Shown: positions 16,333 through 25,951 of the stretch, piece by piece | How positions within the stretch are numbered: the first letter of the stretch is position 1 | Layout of the letters: the number at the start of each line of letters is the position of its first letter | From: Patescibacteria group bacterium | Lineage (GTDB): Bacteria; Patescibacteriota; Dojkabacteria; GCA-002793355 | DNA: 64,000 nt | Reading direction: 5' to 3' | Assembly (NCBI GenBank): GCA_016860985.1 | Contig: BOKM01000001.1 | Location: forward strand, 655,462 to 719,461 | Notes under the pieces: generated by a model | The model's database searches: none | Seen by the model: the letters and a program-made list of their open reading frames with translations, nothing else | What the model was told of the DNA's origin: nothing | Made by a program: the position numbers and the translations under genes

Positions 16333-17511
16333 TTATGCGCGCTGCGCTTTGAGAAGACTCCTATAATGTGCAAGTAGTTTGTCAGAGGTCTTTGTACTGT
16401 CGAATTGTTCCGCAAACGCGCGAGCCGACAATCCCATCGTTTTTATTGTGTCAGGATTCTTGTAGAGTGTGCGTATATACTGCGCACATCCTTCAATATC
16501 ACCTTCTTGAAAAAGAAAGCCGTTTTTACCAGGGGTAATTAAATCGATAGGGGCATTAACGCTTGCTGCTATTACCGGTAAACCTGAAAGCATAGCCTCG
16601 ATAAGTACTAGTCCTTGTGTTTCAAAAGGCGACGCGGTCACAAAAGCATCGCAAGAACTGTAGTATCTTGGTGTTTCTTTATTTGGGACCATTCCTACAA
16701 AGACAACTTTTTTTTGAAGGTTTAATTCTTTAGTCAATTTTTTGAGGTAATCTTTTGCTGGTCCATCTCCTACTAGAATGAGCTCGAGTTTTGGAAGTTC
16801 TTTCTGGACAATAGAAAGTGCGCGAAGGAGGGTGTCGGTTGCTTTTTCGTAACCGAGTCTTCCTAAATGAATGAGCTTGTTCGTAGGTGAAAAATCAGTT
16901 TTTACGGGGTATTGTTCTAGACTAACCCCGCTTGGAAGTACAACAACGGGAGACTTTATTCCCTGTTTTTTTAGCGTTGTAGCGATTATTTTGGTTGGTG
17001 CAATCACAGAGTCACAAATGTTAAAGAATATAAGTTGTAGTTTCCATGCAATTTGCGCAAGAACGGTATGTTCTGACTCTGTTGCCGAATCCAATTTCGC
17101 TCCAGGAAGTAAACGTTTTGGCGAAAGATACATTGATCCCATTGAAAAGAGCGTGTGATAGGTCCCAACAAGCCTGACCCCTAATATTTGAGAGAATATA
17201 ACCCCCAAAATCCCAAGCACAAAGGGGCTGTGGATATGAATAATGTCGGGTTTGAATTTTTTGAGCATCCGATACATGCCGACGAGGTTTGGGAGTGCGG
17301 CATGTACACCTGGATAGATAGGGAATGGTATGGAGCGGACGTATTTCTTTGTTACTCGACCTTGTTTCGTTTCTTTTGAAAAAACTGAATATGATGGGGC
17401 AAAAACGAGTACGTTATTATTTTCTGAGGCCTTTTCCGTATATTGTTCAACGGCCATAGTAACACCATTAATCAATGGATGATAGGTGTCTGTAAAATGC
17501 ACGATGTTCAT
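16333..17511 (-). CDS. GT4-family glycosyltransferase
   Basis: C-terminal GT-B signature FVTASPFETQGLVLIEAMLSGLPVIAS and GRLGYEKATDTLL. Confidence 0.75.
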   Translation of the reverse strand: MNIVHFTDTYHPLINGVTMAVEQYTEKASENNNVLVFAPSYSVFSKETKQGRVTKKYVRSIPFPIYPGVHAALPNLVGMYRMLKKFKPDIIHIHSPFVLGILGVIFSQILGVRLVGTYHTLFSMGSMYLSPKRLLPGAKLDSATESEHTVLAQIAWKLQLIFFNICDSVIAPTKIIATTLKKQGIKSPVVVLPSGVSLEQYPVKTDFSPTNKLIHLGRLGYEKATDTLLRALSIVQKELPKLELILVGDGPAKDYLKKLTKELNLQKKVVFVGMVPNKETPRYYSSCDAFVTASPFETQGLVLIEAMLSGLPVIAASVNAPIDLITPGKNGFLFQEGDIEGCAQYIRTLYKNPDTIKTMGLSARAFAEQFDSTKTSDKLLAHYRSLLKAQRA

Positions 17512-17694
17512 AGATTGTTGTGGTCATTGTAGCATGCTAGAATAATGCGTGAAATCAGATTTCTATTCACGAAGCAAAAAAATCGCGCTTGGTGTTATTG
17601 TTATCGCAATGGGGGCTCTTGGCGTTGCAGGTGGAAGCAGAACTATCTCGTTATTTAAACATTGGATTCACTCATTATTTCAAAAAGGAACAAC

Positions 17695-18486
17695 ATGACT
17701 CATGTAAATAAGCCTGTGCTGCCAATTTCAATTATTATCCCCACGTATTCAGAAGAGGTTGCACTTCCAAAATTACTTAAAAGTATTAAAGAACAAGTAA
17801 TTGGTCCAGCGGAAATAATAGTCGCAGATGCCAATTCTCCTGACAAAACCAAAGAAATCGCGGAATCGTATGGTTGTATTGTAGTCGAAGGAGGCAAAAT
17901 CGCAGTCGGAAGAAACAATGGTGCAAGAGTCGCAAAAAGTGAGTACTTGCTGTTTATGGATGCTGATACCTGCTTGATGTCACCTACAACATTGCTTGAA
18001 GCATTTACAGAATTTGTAAAGAGAGAGGCCGATATCGCTTCTGCAGGCTTTAAACCAGATAAAGACGGTGCAACTTCGTTCGGATACGCAACGGGGTTTG
18101 TTATGTTTAACGCGTGGAATGCACTCCGAAACTTACAAAGTTTGTCTCAGTCACCTGCGCTAGAAGGTGGTGCTTTTGTGTTAATGAAACAGACCGTTTT
18201 TCGACATGTCAAAGGGTTTGATGAGCGCATGGGAATGGGTGAAGATCGTGATATTTTTGTACGTGCGGTCAAGCTTGGGTATAAGTATCTGCATTTGTCA
18301 CAAAATGTTCTGACTTCTACAAGGCGATATGACACACCAAAAAAGACCGCTAATTCAATAGTTTCGGGAATTGGTCTGTTTGTACTTCTTGGAAGTGGTA
18401 TTTATCTCGGCTCGCAATTGGCCAAAAGAGTATATGCAAAATACGGAAAAGGTGGCGGAGGTGAGGGGAGAGACCTTAATGAATAA
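17695..18486 (+). CDS. GT2-family glycosyltransferase with C-terminal TM
   Basis: PISIIIPTYSEE, DANSPDKT, DADT (DxD motif). ATG at 17695 follows AAGGAA; the track's TTG at 17662 is less likely. C-terminal hydrophobic helix. Confidence 0.75.
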   Translation: MTHVNKPVLPISIIIPTYSEEVALPKLLKSIKEQVIGPAEIIVADANSPDKTKEIAESYGCIVVEGGKIAVGRNNGARVAKSEYLLFMDADTCLMSPTTLLEAFTEFVKREADIASAGFKPDKDGATSFGYATGFVMFNAWNALRNLQSLSQSPALEGGAFVLMKQTVFRHVKGFDERMGMGEDRDIFVRAVKLGYKYLHLSQNVLTSTRRYDTPKKTANSIVSGIGLFVLLGSGIYLGSQLAKRVYAKYGKGGGGEGRDLNE

Positions 18487-19003
18487 CTCTTCGCTTTGTA
18501 TATCATGCAGAGCAATTACTCAATCAGAGTACAGCTCCTCGCGCAAAGCAATTAAGCTGTTTCCTGATTTATCGTTTCTTAAATATTCGGTTGTGCAGCA
18601 TTTAACCGAATGCTATGTTGCCGAAATTGACGGTGTTTTCGCCGGTTTTTGCGGTATCCAGTATGGCCGTGGGTGGTGGAAGCTTGGTCCAATTGTGGTA
18701 CTTCCCGAATTCCAGAAACATGGCGTAGGTTCGGCGCTTTTGCTCCATGTTGTTGAGAAAAGTAAAAACCGACCGACATACTTTGGCACCTCAAATATTA
18801 AGATTAAGGAGTATGGAAGAAAAATTGGAGCGAAAGAGATTGGAAGTTTCTTTTCGCTGCCGTGGGCAATAAAGCTGGCTGCTATCGGTTTTTTGTTTGA
18901 ATATTTGTCACTACAGTTTTTGTGGGAGAGTTTGCGCAAGTTCTTTCGTTATGGAAGAGGTAAGTACACATATTTTTTGCTACCTGGCACTGCGACCTTG
19001 TAA
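18479..19003 (+). CDS. GNAT-family N-acetyltransferase
   Basis: Motif A IVVLPEFQKHGVGSALLLHVVE. ATG at 18479 overlaps the GT2 stop (ATGAATAA). Confidence 0.65.
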   Translation: MNNSSLCISCRAITQSEYSSSRKAIKLFPDLSFLKYSVVQHLTECYVAEIDGVFAGFCGIQYGRGWWKLGPIVVLPEFQKHGVGSALLLHVVEKSKNRPTYFGTSNIKIKEYGRKIGAKEIGSFFSLPWAIKLAAIGFLFEYLSLQFLWESLRKFFRYGRGKYTYFLLPGTATL

Positions 19004-19145
19004 TTATGCATAATTGTGCTGTATAATACCTATCGATCAAAGACAGCAAGGCTCTTAGCGATAAGAAGTAAAAATCTTGCCGAGGTCAAAAGTACACATT
19101 TTCCCCTCACGTCTTTGGTTACAAGTAAATTGGTTTTATACAAAC

Positions 19146-19715
19146 ATGCCAAAGAATAAGGCACAAAAAGCAGAGTTAATGTCCCAATATCAAGATGTTG
19201 TTTCCAAGTCGAACTTTATTGTTATCGAAACAAATCAAGTACCAGCACGAGCAATCACTACACTTCGTAAGCTTCTTTCTGAAGTTGATGCAAAACTTTA
19301 CGTTATTAAGAACACTGTTTTCGCAAAAGCAGCAGAGAAAGTAGAGAATATGGATACAACCAAATTCGTTGGTCCTCTCGCAGTAATCGAAGGTGGAAAC
19401 GACGTGTCAGAAGCACTAAAAAAACTCGAAGAAGCAACTAAAGAAGCAAAAGCACTCTTGTCACTTACAGGAAAAGACGATGAAACCGTAAAGAAGTATG
19501 TACCATTCTCCTATAAACTGGGATATGTCAGTGGAACCGTACTAAATGATCAAGATGTCGTTCGTTTGTCACAACTCCCAGACAGAAAGACAGTATTGGC
19601 GCAATTCGTTGGTACTTTGGCCGCACCAATCTCTGGATTACTCAATGTTATGCAAGGCGTTCCAAGAGCGTTTATGTATACATTAACTGATTTACAGAAT
19701 AAGAAGGCCGAGTAG
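19146..19715 (+). CDS. rplJ: 50S ribosomal protein L10
   Basis: [34 protein letters not shown] is the typical L10 N-terminus. Immediately upstream of rplL. The TTG at 19077 in the track is a less likely start. Confidence 0.85.
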   Translation: MPKNKAQKAELMSQYQDVVSKSNFIVIETNQVPARAITTLRKLLSEVDAKLYVIKNTVFAKAAEKVENMDTTKFVGPLAVIEGGNDVSEALKKLEEATKEAKALLSLTGKDDETVKKYVPFSYKLGYVSGTVLNDQDVVRLSQLPDRKTVLAQFVGTLAAPISGLLNVMQGVPRAFMYTLTDLQNKKAE

Positions 19716-19762
19716 TTCAGCTACAAGGTTTTTTTAGACAACATAATATTAAAGAGAGAAAC

Positions 19763-20146
19763 ATGGCAGAACTCAACAAAAAACAACAGGAAGTTCTCGA
19801 CCTCGTTTCCGAGATGAGCGTTCTCGAACTTGCCGATTTAGTAAAGGCAATGGAAGAGAAGTTCGGCGTCAGCGCAGCAGCTCCAGCAGTTGCAGTCGCA
19901 GCTCCAGCAGCAGCGGCAGCTCCAGCAGAGGAGAAGTCAATCTTTGACGTAGTTCTCGAAAATGCAGGCTCAAACAAGATCGGAGTAATTAAGGTTGTAA
20001 AAGATCTTACCGGACTTGGTCTTACCGAAGCAAAAGACTTCGTAGAGGCAGCACCAAAGACACTTAAGGAAGGTGTCGCAAAAGCAGAAGCAGAAGAAAT
20101 TGCAGCCAAGCTTAAAGAAGCAGGTGCAACGGTTACTGTTAAGTAG
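19763..20146 (+). CDS. rplL: 50S ribosomal protein L7/L12
   Basis: Ala/Pro hinge [21 protein letters not shown] and C-terminal domain [34 protein letters not shown]. Confidence 0.95.
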   Translation: MAELNKKQQEVLDLVSEMSVLELADLVKAMEEKFGVSAAAPAVAVAAPAAAAAPAEEKSIFDVVLENAGSNKIGVIKVVKDLTGLGLTEAKDFVEAAPKTLKEGVAKAEAEEIAAKLKEAGATVTVK

Positions 20147-20174
20147 CTTAACTCGGATTTATTCCGATAAAAAA

Positions 20175-20209
20175 GAGGGGGTCGTAAGGCTCCCTCTTTT
20201 TTTTTATGT
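20175..20209 (+). terminator. Rho-independent terminator after rplL
   Basis: Stem AGAGGGGG/CTCCCTCT with loop TCGTAAGG, followed by a run of nine Ts. Confidence 0.8.
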
Positions 20210-20234
20210 CGTAGCGTTGCGGTACAATAACGGT

Positions 20235-20501
20235 ATGAAGAACATAATAGTAGTAATTATGGTTGTCGTCGGAGTCGTTTTCGCAGCTTTTTTCTTTATC
20301 TCCCGCAATAATCGGAGTGAAACCCCTTTGAATGTCTGTAATGTCACTATTTTAGGCGTTACTTATGATGTTACAAGCTTTAGAAAACAGCATGAAGGAG
20401 GAGATATCTTCGAGTGCGGAACGGACATGACAAAGCAATTTACCCAGCAGCACGGCGAAGATCTACAACGTTTACAGCGTTATCTCAATAAGGCGCAGTA
20501 G
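20235..20501 (+). CDS. Small membrane-anchored cytochrome b5-like heme-binding domain protein
   Basis: TM helix IIVVIMVVVGVVFAAFFFI, then VTYDVTSFRKQHEGGDIFECGTDMTKQFTQQHGED, resembling the cytochrome b5 signature (V-YDVT-F..HPGG..aGgDaT..F...H) with HPGG changed to HEGG. ATG at 20235; the longer track ORF from 20073 overlaps rplL and is rejected. Confidence 0.5.
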   Translation: MKNIIVVIMVVVGVVFAAFFFISRNNRSETPLNVCNVTILGVTYDVTSFRKQHEGGDIFECGTDMTKQFTQQHGEDLQRLQRYLNKAQ

Positions 20502-20550
20502 TGTTCTTATTAGAGCGACATAATGTGAAACAGTTGAACCGCTCGAATAG

Positions 20551-22245
20551 GTGTCGTACACTGTGCACATGCCATCGCTTTACAGTACACATAGACCCAA
20601 AGAATTTTCTCAGCTGATAGGCCAGTCTCATATTACAAAACTACTTAAAGCCGAACTTTCCAAAGGTTTACTTGGTCATGCGTATCTCTTTATAGGTCCT
20701 CGCGGTACTGGTAAAACAACCACGGCACGTATTCTGGCAAAAGCTCTCAATTGTGAAAAATTAAAGAATGGTGAACCCTGTGGAGTTTGTGGTATGTGCA
20801 CAGCTTTTGAAGAGGGTAAGTTTATTGACCTCTTTGAAATAGACGCAGCTTCAAACCGAGGTATCGATGAAATTCGTGAAATCAAAGAGAAGATCGAATA
20901 TAACCCCACAATGGGAAAGCAAAAGGTCTATATCATCGACGAAGTGCACATGTTAACCAAAGAAGCTTTTAATGCACTACTTAAAACGCTCGAAGAACCT
21001 CCCTCTTTTGTAACATTCATACTTGCAACCACGGAACCACACAAAGTTCCCGCCACTATAATGTCTCGATGTGAAAAATACGAATTCCGTTTAGGTGGAT
21101 CGAAAGAACTCTTGCAATCACTTTCCGGAATTATGGAGGCAGAGCACATCAAAATCGACAAAAAAGGGCTTGATTTACTTGTTACTCATTCCGGTGGTAG
21201 TTATCGAGATGCAGCATCGCTTCTGGATACAATTATTGCCTCAACAGGGGATAAGGAAATTACATTTGCTGAAATTCGAAGTGCCTTAGGGTTACCTGAT
21301 GCAGAACTTGTAAACACCTATATGATGGCTATTGCAGAGAGGTCACTTGGGAGCGCGCTTGCAACGTTAGAAGAGATTTTTTCGCGAGGTACCAACATAT
21401 CACAATTTATTAAATCAGTAATTCTTCTCGCCCGAGACAGCATGCTCGATAAAGAAAAGGCTCAAGAAGTTAGTACAGAACTCGCGAACTTGGGAAAGCC
21501 CAGATTTCTTGAAATTATCAAGGTGTTGCTGGACGCTTATAGTGCACAAAAGTACGCGTTCGACCAACGGCTTCCGCTCCAACTCGCCACAATTCAACTT
21601 ATTCCAGAACAAGAAGCACCTCTTGACGCTACTCGCATATCAAAAGTAGTAAAAGAAACAAGTACCGCAACATCGCTTTCCGAAGAAACACAAATGGCTT
21701 CTGTGCAAGCTTCAGTTCCAGAAGTCAAAACCATACTTCAAAAAGAAGCTGAAGTATTACCAAAACCAAAAAAGAAATTAAAAAAGAAAAAAGCGAAAAA
21801 GGTAGAAGCAAAGCCGGTACCGTTTGATACAATCGTTGATTTATGGGGAACTTTTACGGCAGAAGTAAGAAAAGACCATCAGCATCTATATACCTTTTTA
21901 GTACCAGCAATTCCTTGTGGTGTTCAGTTTGATGCGCAACTCAAGGTATTAAAGGTCGAAGTTAAGGTTCCTTTTGACTTCCACAAAAAGCAACTTGAAA
22001 ATCCGAAGCATCAGATTGCCATGGCAGAGGCAGCATTAAAAGTATATGGTACGCCAGTGCAATTTATTTGTATTTTAAGTAAGGATCAAATCGTCTTTAA
22101 AAAAGAGGTTGTTCACGATTCGTCGCAATCGCCACTTGCAACCGAAAATCCACTCGTGCAAAAGATTGAACCGAACAGTGTCGAGTCAAGTTTAGAGTCT
22201 GCGTTTGATTCTGTTTTAGGGGCAGATGTTGAAACTCTTGGGTAA
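20551..22245 (+). CDS. dnaX: DNA polymerase III subunit gamma/tau
   Basis: AAA+ Walker A GPRGTGKTT, zinc module CGVCGMC, DEVHML sensor. Start may be the ATG at 20569. Confidence 0.9.
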   Translation: MSYTVHMPSLYSTHRPKEFSQLIGQSHITKLLKAELSKGLLGHAYLFIGPRGTGKTTTARILAKALNCEKLKNGEPCGVCGMCTAFEEGKFIDLFEIDAASNRGIDEIREIKEKIEYNPTMGKQKVYIIDEVHMLTKEAFNALLKTLEEPPSFVTFILATTEPHKVPATIMSRCEKYEFRLGGSKELLQSLSGIMEAEHIKIDKKGLDLLVTHSGGSYRDAASLLDTIIASTGDKEITFAEIRSALGLPDAELVNTYMMAIAERSLGSALATLEEIFSRGTNISQFIKSVILLARDSMLDKEKAQEVSTELANLGKPRFLEIIKVLLDAYSAQKYAFDQRLPLQLATIQLIPEQEAPLDATRISKVVKETSTATSLSEETQMASVQASVPEVKTILQKEAEVLPKPKKKLKKKKAKKVEAKPVPFDTIVDLWGTFTAEVRKDHQHLYTFLVPAIPCGVQFDAQLKVLKVEVKVPFDFHKKQLENPKHQIAMAEAALKVYGTPVQFICILSKDQIVFKKEVVHDSSQSPLATENPLVQKIEPNSVESSLESAFDSVLGADVETLG

Positions 22246-22265
22246 TATAAGTATTATGGTGCGTT

Positions 22266-25200
22266 ATGGCTGAGCAATCGTTTGTCCACTTACATCTTCA
22301 TTCAGAGTACTCCATGCTTGATGGGCTTATTAAGCTCAAAGAGTTGGGAGCTAAAGCCAAAGAGTTTGGTATGTCGAGTGTTGCGCTTACTGATCACGGT
22401 GTTATGCATGGCGTTGTTGAGTTTGCAAAAGTTGCAAAAGAAAATGAACTTAAGCCTATTTTTGGAGTTGAGACATATATCGCAAAAGATTTCAGGAGTA
22501 GAGAAGGTAGCATCCGCAAAAATGATGACGAAGATAAACTTTACTATCACCTGACTCTGCTTGCCAAGAATTTTACTGGTTACAAGAATTTGCTCAAACT
22601 AGTATCCATCGCAAACACTGAGGGGTTTTATTACAAACCCCGTATCGACAAAGAGCTTTTAAAACAACATAGCGAGGGTTTGCTCGCGCTAAGTGGGTGT
22701 TACGGTGGAGAGATTCCAGGGGCATTCTGGTCAAATAAAAATAACCCAGAAGCGGGAATGAAAAAGGCAATGGGGCTTGTCGAAGAATATGGTTCAATCT
22801 TTGGAGATGATTTTTACATCGAAATCCAGCGCAAAACTTCGGATCAGGCAAGTCAGGATTTTATGGATCCTCTGCTTATCGATTTAGCGAAAAGAGTAAA
22901 TAGAAAACTTGTTGCATCAGGAGATGTTCACTATCTTCTGCACGAAGACGCAAAAATCCAAGATATCTTCTGGGCTATTCAAGAAGGCAGAACAATTTAT
23001 GATCCAAAGCACAAGCCAATGCATACCGATCAGCTGTATTTTAAAAGTCCGGCCGAAATGTATGAGTTGTTCTCTGATGTTCCAGACGCCCCCTTTAATA
23101 CTAATGAAGTTGCCGAAAAAATCGAGAAATATTCAATCTTTTTTGACCGAGTTCAGCCAAAATACCCAGATGTTCCAGAGGGTATGACCGCAGGAGATTT
23201 GCTTAGGGACCACGCATATGAAGGTGCAAAGGAACGATACGGTGAGATAACTGATGCAACGCGAGAACGACTTGATTATGAACTGAAAATTATTCACGAC
23301 AAAGGGTACGATGATTACTTTTTGATCGTTGCTGATTATATCCGCTGGGCGCGAAGTCAGGGGATTATTGTTGGGCCAGGGCGTGGATCAGGTGCGGGTA
23401 GCGTTGTTGCTTACACAACGAGGATTACAGATATTGATCCGTTTTGGTGGGGTTTGCAGTTTGAACGATTCTTAAACCCGTATAGACCGTCTCCTCCTGA
23501 CTTTGATATTGACTTTCAAGACGACCGCCGAGACGAAGTTATTCGATATATAGAACAAAAATATGGCCACGACAACGTGTCGGCAATTTGTGCGATTGGT
23601 CGAATGGATACAAAAGCAGCAATTAGAGATGTTTCTCGCGCGCTTGCCATTCCATTAGATCAAGCAGACAAAGTTGCAAAGATGATTCCTGTAAAAAGAG
23701 GCAAACCAATGCCAATTGCAGAAGCAATGGAATCAATGCCGGAATTCAGAAGTTATGTAGAAGCAGATCCCAAGTTGGTCCAGATGGTGGAAGCAGTGAA
23801 GAGAATTAAGAAAATTGCCCGTAATGTTTCAGTACATGCCTGTGGCTACGTGATAACGCCGAATCCAATTGTGGAATATGTGCCTGAAAGGCGCGCTCCA
23901 CAAAATACAGATTTGGTTATTACTCAGATAGAAGGTGCGTATCTAGAGGATGTTGGGCTTATGAAATATGACTTCTTGGGCTTGCGCACGCTGACAGTCT
24001 TGAAAAATGCCGAGAATGCAATTAATAAGCAGCACGGTATAGTTATTGACTGGGAAAAACAACCTATAGATGACAAGAAAGCGTATGTCTTGTTTCAGAA
24101 AGCATTGACTGACGGTATCTTCCAGTTTGAAAGTCAAGGAATGAAAAAATATTTGGTAGAACTAGTTCCTGAAAATATTCTCGACATTTGTTTCATGTGT
24201 GCTGCGTATCGCCCCGGTCCTATGGCATATATCCCAGATTATATCGAGCGCAAACATGGACGGAAAAAGATTGAATATCTCCACCCAGACATGGAAGTGT
24301 TGCTTAAAGAGACAATGGGTTATGCAATTTACCAGGAGCAAGTTATGGCGATTGCCGTCGCTATGGCAGGGTATACGATCGGTGAAGCAGACCTTTTGCG
24401 ACGAGCCATGGGTAAAAAGAAGAAAGAAATTCTTGACCAAGAGAAACCAAAATTCTTTGAAGGTATGGCTAAGAAAGGTTATACACAAGAGCTTGCAGAA
24501 CAGGTGTTCTCGTACTTGTTGCCTTTTGCTGACTATGGATTCAATAAATCACATTCAGCTTGTTACGCCGTAGTTGCATATCGCACGGCGTATTTAAAGG
24601 CGCACCATCCAATCGAGTTTATCGTCGGTTTGATGCAAGCAGATATGGGGCATGCAGATAAGCTAGAAGGTGATCTTGCTCAGGCAGTTTCTATGCATAT
24701 TCAGGTACTCCCTCCACAAATTAACCAGAGTAACTTAGAGTTCTCGATTGAATACCATAACGATGAACTTGAAAAAAAATGGTTAGATGACAACTTTGCC
24801 GAAGAGTTGGAGAAGCTAAAAGCAAAAGGTGAATATCATTATATTGGGTCTATTCGATATGGGTTAAAAGGTATCAAGGGGGCAAGCCAAAAAGCGCTTG
24901 AGGCGATTATCGAAGAACGTGGCAAAGGGGGTGAATTCAAACACCTTGACGATTTGATATCAAGGGTCGACTTAGACCGTGTTGACAAGAAAACACTATT
25001 AATTTTGGCTCAGGCAGGGGCACTCAATGACTGGGGTGAACGGAATGCCTTAATCACATTAATCCCCGTGCTTTACGACAGATACAAAGCAGGTACAAAA
25101 AAAGACAATGTCGAACAAATTAGCATGTTTGCCTTTGGTGGTGAGCAAAAACAAGAATTAATTCAGCAGACAGCAATGCCGCAGGTAGAGCCAGTGTCAA

Positions 25201-25844
25201 TTATGCAGATTCTTAAGTGGGAAAAAGATTTATTCGGAATCTATCTATCTTCTCACCCTCTTCATCAATACACCGACTATTTTATGTCGATTGGTGCCAA
25301 ATCTTTAGACGAAGCGATAGCCGAGCTCCCCTCTGAAGAGATTTTTATTGGCGCACAAATCTCTAGAATGAAAAAGTTGAACACAAAAAACGGTGACATG
25401 ATGGCCTTTCTTGATCTCGAAGATACAACATCGCAAGTGAGTGCTGTACTGTTCCCACGTACGTATCAACAATTTGCCAAATTGCTGCTTGAAAAGGCGG
25501 ATGCGTTAAATGAGGCATTCGTGTTCAAGGGGCGAATAGATAAGCGTTTGGATAAAGTGAGTTTTGTCATTTCGAATTTCGAGTTGGTTACTCCAGATGC
25601 AACAGCCAAAAAATCCCATCAGGTAACCGCGATTAAAGTTAAGCTGCTTCCTAAACTCTCCCGAGAGGATCTTGATTCTTTAAAGGCGTTTATCGCAGCT
25701 CACCCAGGTGATGTTAAGCTTTCTTTTGAGTTACCTGCCGCACAAGGTACAAAGATTGTTGCGTATAAAGGCGGGATTTCATACTCTTTCGAGATTAAGA
25801 AAACGCTCAAGCGTTTTGGTGATGTGGTTGAATCAGGTCAATAG
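22266..25844 (+). CDS. dnaE: DNA polymerase III alpha subunit
   Basis: PHP domain FVHLHLHSEYSMLDG. Polymerase core blocks GPGRGSGAGSVVAYT and FDIDF. C-terminal OB fold. Length 1,192 aa. Confidence 0.9.
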   Translation: MAEQSFVHLHLHSEYSMLDGLIKLKELGAKAKEFGMSSVALTDHGVMHGVVEFAKVAKENELKPIFGVETYIAKDFRSREGSIRKNDDEDKLYYHLTLLAKNFTGYKNLLKLVSIANTEGFYYKPRIDKELLKQHSEGLLALSGCYGGEIPGAFWSNKNNPEAGMKKAMGLVEEYGSIFGDDFYIEIQRKTSDQASQDFMDPLLIDLAKRVNRKLVASGDVHYLLHEDAKIQDIFWAIQEGRTIYDPKHKPMHTDQLYFKSPAEMYELFSDVPDAPFNTNEVAEKIEKYSIFFDRVQPKYPDVPEGMTAGDLLRDHAYEGAKERYGEITDATRERLDYELKIIHDKGYDDYFLIVADYIRWARSQGIIVGPGRGSGAGSVVAYTTRITDIDPFWWGLQFERFLNPYRPSPPDFDIDFQDDRRDEVIRYIEQKYGHDNVSAICAIGRMDTKAAIRDVSRALAIPLDQADKVAKMIPVKRGKPMPIAEAMESMPEFRSYVEADPKLVQMVEAVKRIKKIARNVSVHACGYVITPNPIVEYVPERRAPQNTDLVITQIEGAYLEDVGLMKYDFLGLRTLTVLKNAENAINKQHGIVIDWEKQPIDDKKAYVLFQKALTDGIFQFESQGMKKYLVELVPENILDICFMCAAYRPGPMAYIPDYIERKHGRKKIEYLHPDMEVLLKETMGYAIYQEQVMAIAVAMAGYTIGEADLLRRAMGKKKKEILDQEKPKFFEGMAKKGYTQELAEQVFSYLLPFADYGFNKSHSACYAVVAYRTAYLKAHHPIEFIVGLMQADMGHADKLEGDLAQAVSMHIQVLPPQINQSNLEFSIEYHNDELEKKWLDDNFAEELEKLKAKGEYHYIGSIRYGLKGIKGASQKALEAIIEERGKGGEFKHLDDLISRVDLDRVDKKTLLILAQAGALNDWGERNALITLIPVLYDRYKAGTKKDNVEQISMFAFGGEQKQELIQQTAMPQVEPVSIMQILKWEKDLFGIYLSSHPLHQYTDYFMSIGAKSLDEAIAELPSEEIFIGAQISRMKKLNTKNGDMMAFLDLEDTTSQVSAVLFPRTYQQFAKLLLEKADALNEAFVFKGRIDKRLDKVSFVISNFELVTPDATAKKSHQVTAIKVKLLPKLSREDLDSLKAFIAAHPGDVKLSFELPAAQGTKIVAYKGGISYSFEIKKTLKRFGDVVESGQ

Positions 25845-25876
25845 TGTGTAAAGTTTTTCTTATAGTGATATAGGCC

Positions 25877-25895
25877 TGTGGACAAGTTATCCACG
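25877..25895. promoter_or_regulatory. Pair of inverted DnaA-box-like 9-mers in the dnaE-dnaA spacer
   Basis: TGTGGACAA at 25877-25885 (reverse complement TTGTCCACA) and TTATCCACG at 25887-25895. Each is 8/9 identical to the consensus TTATCCACA. They lie ~57 nt upstream of the dnaA ATG. Confidence 0.55.
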
Positions 25896-25951
25896 GTGTG
25901 ATATGACTACGTTATGTGTTACCACAGGCTGAAATTTATGCTTAAAAAAAT

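Noticed and set aside
20073-20501. Long form of the cytochrome b5-like ORF starting inside rplL
   Set aside because: Its first 54 codons overlap rplL and its terminator. The internal ATG at 20235 directly before the TM helix is the plausible start.
20150-20550. SRP RNA (ffs) upstream of dnaX, as in many bacteria
   Set aside because: The region is occupied by the rplL terminator and a plausible small protein gene. No GGAAGCAGCC-type domain IV motif or long closed hairpin is visible.
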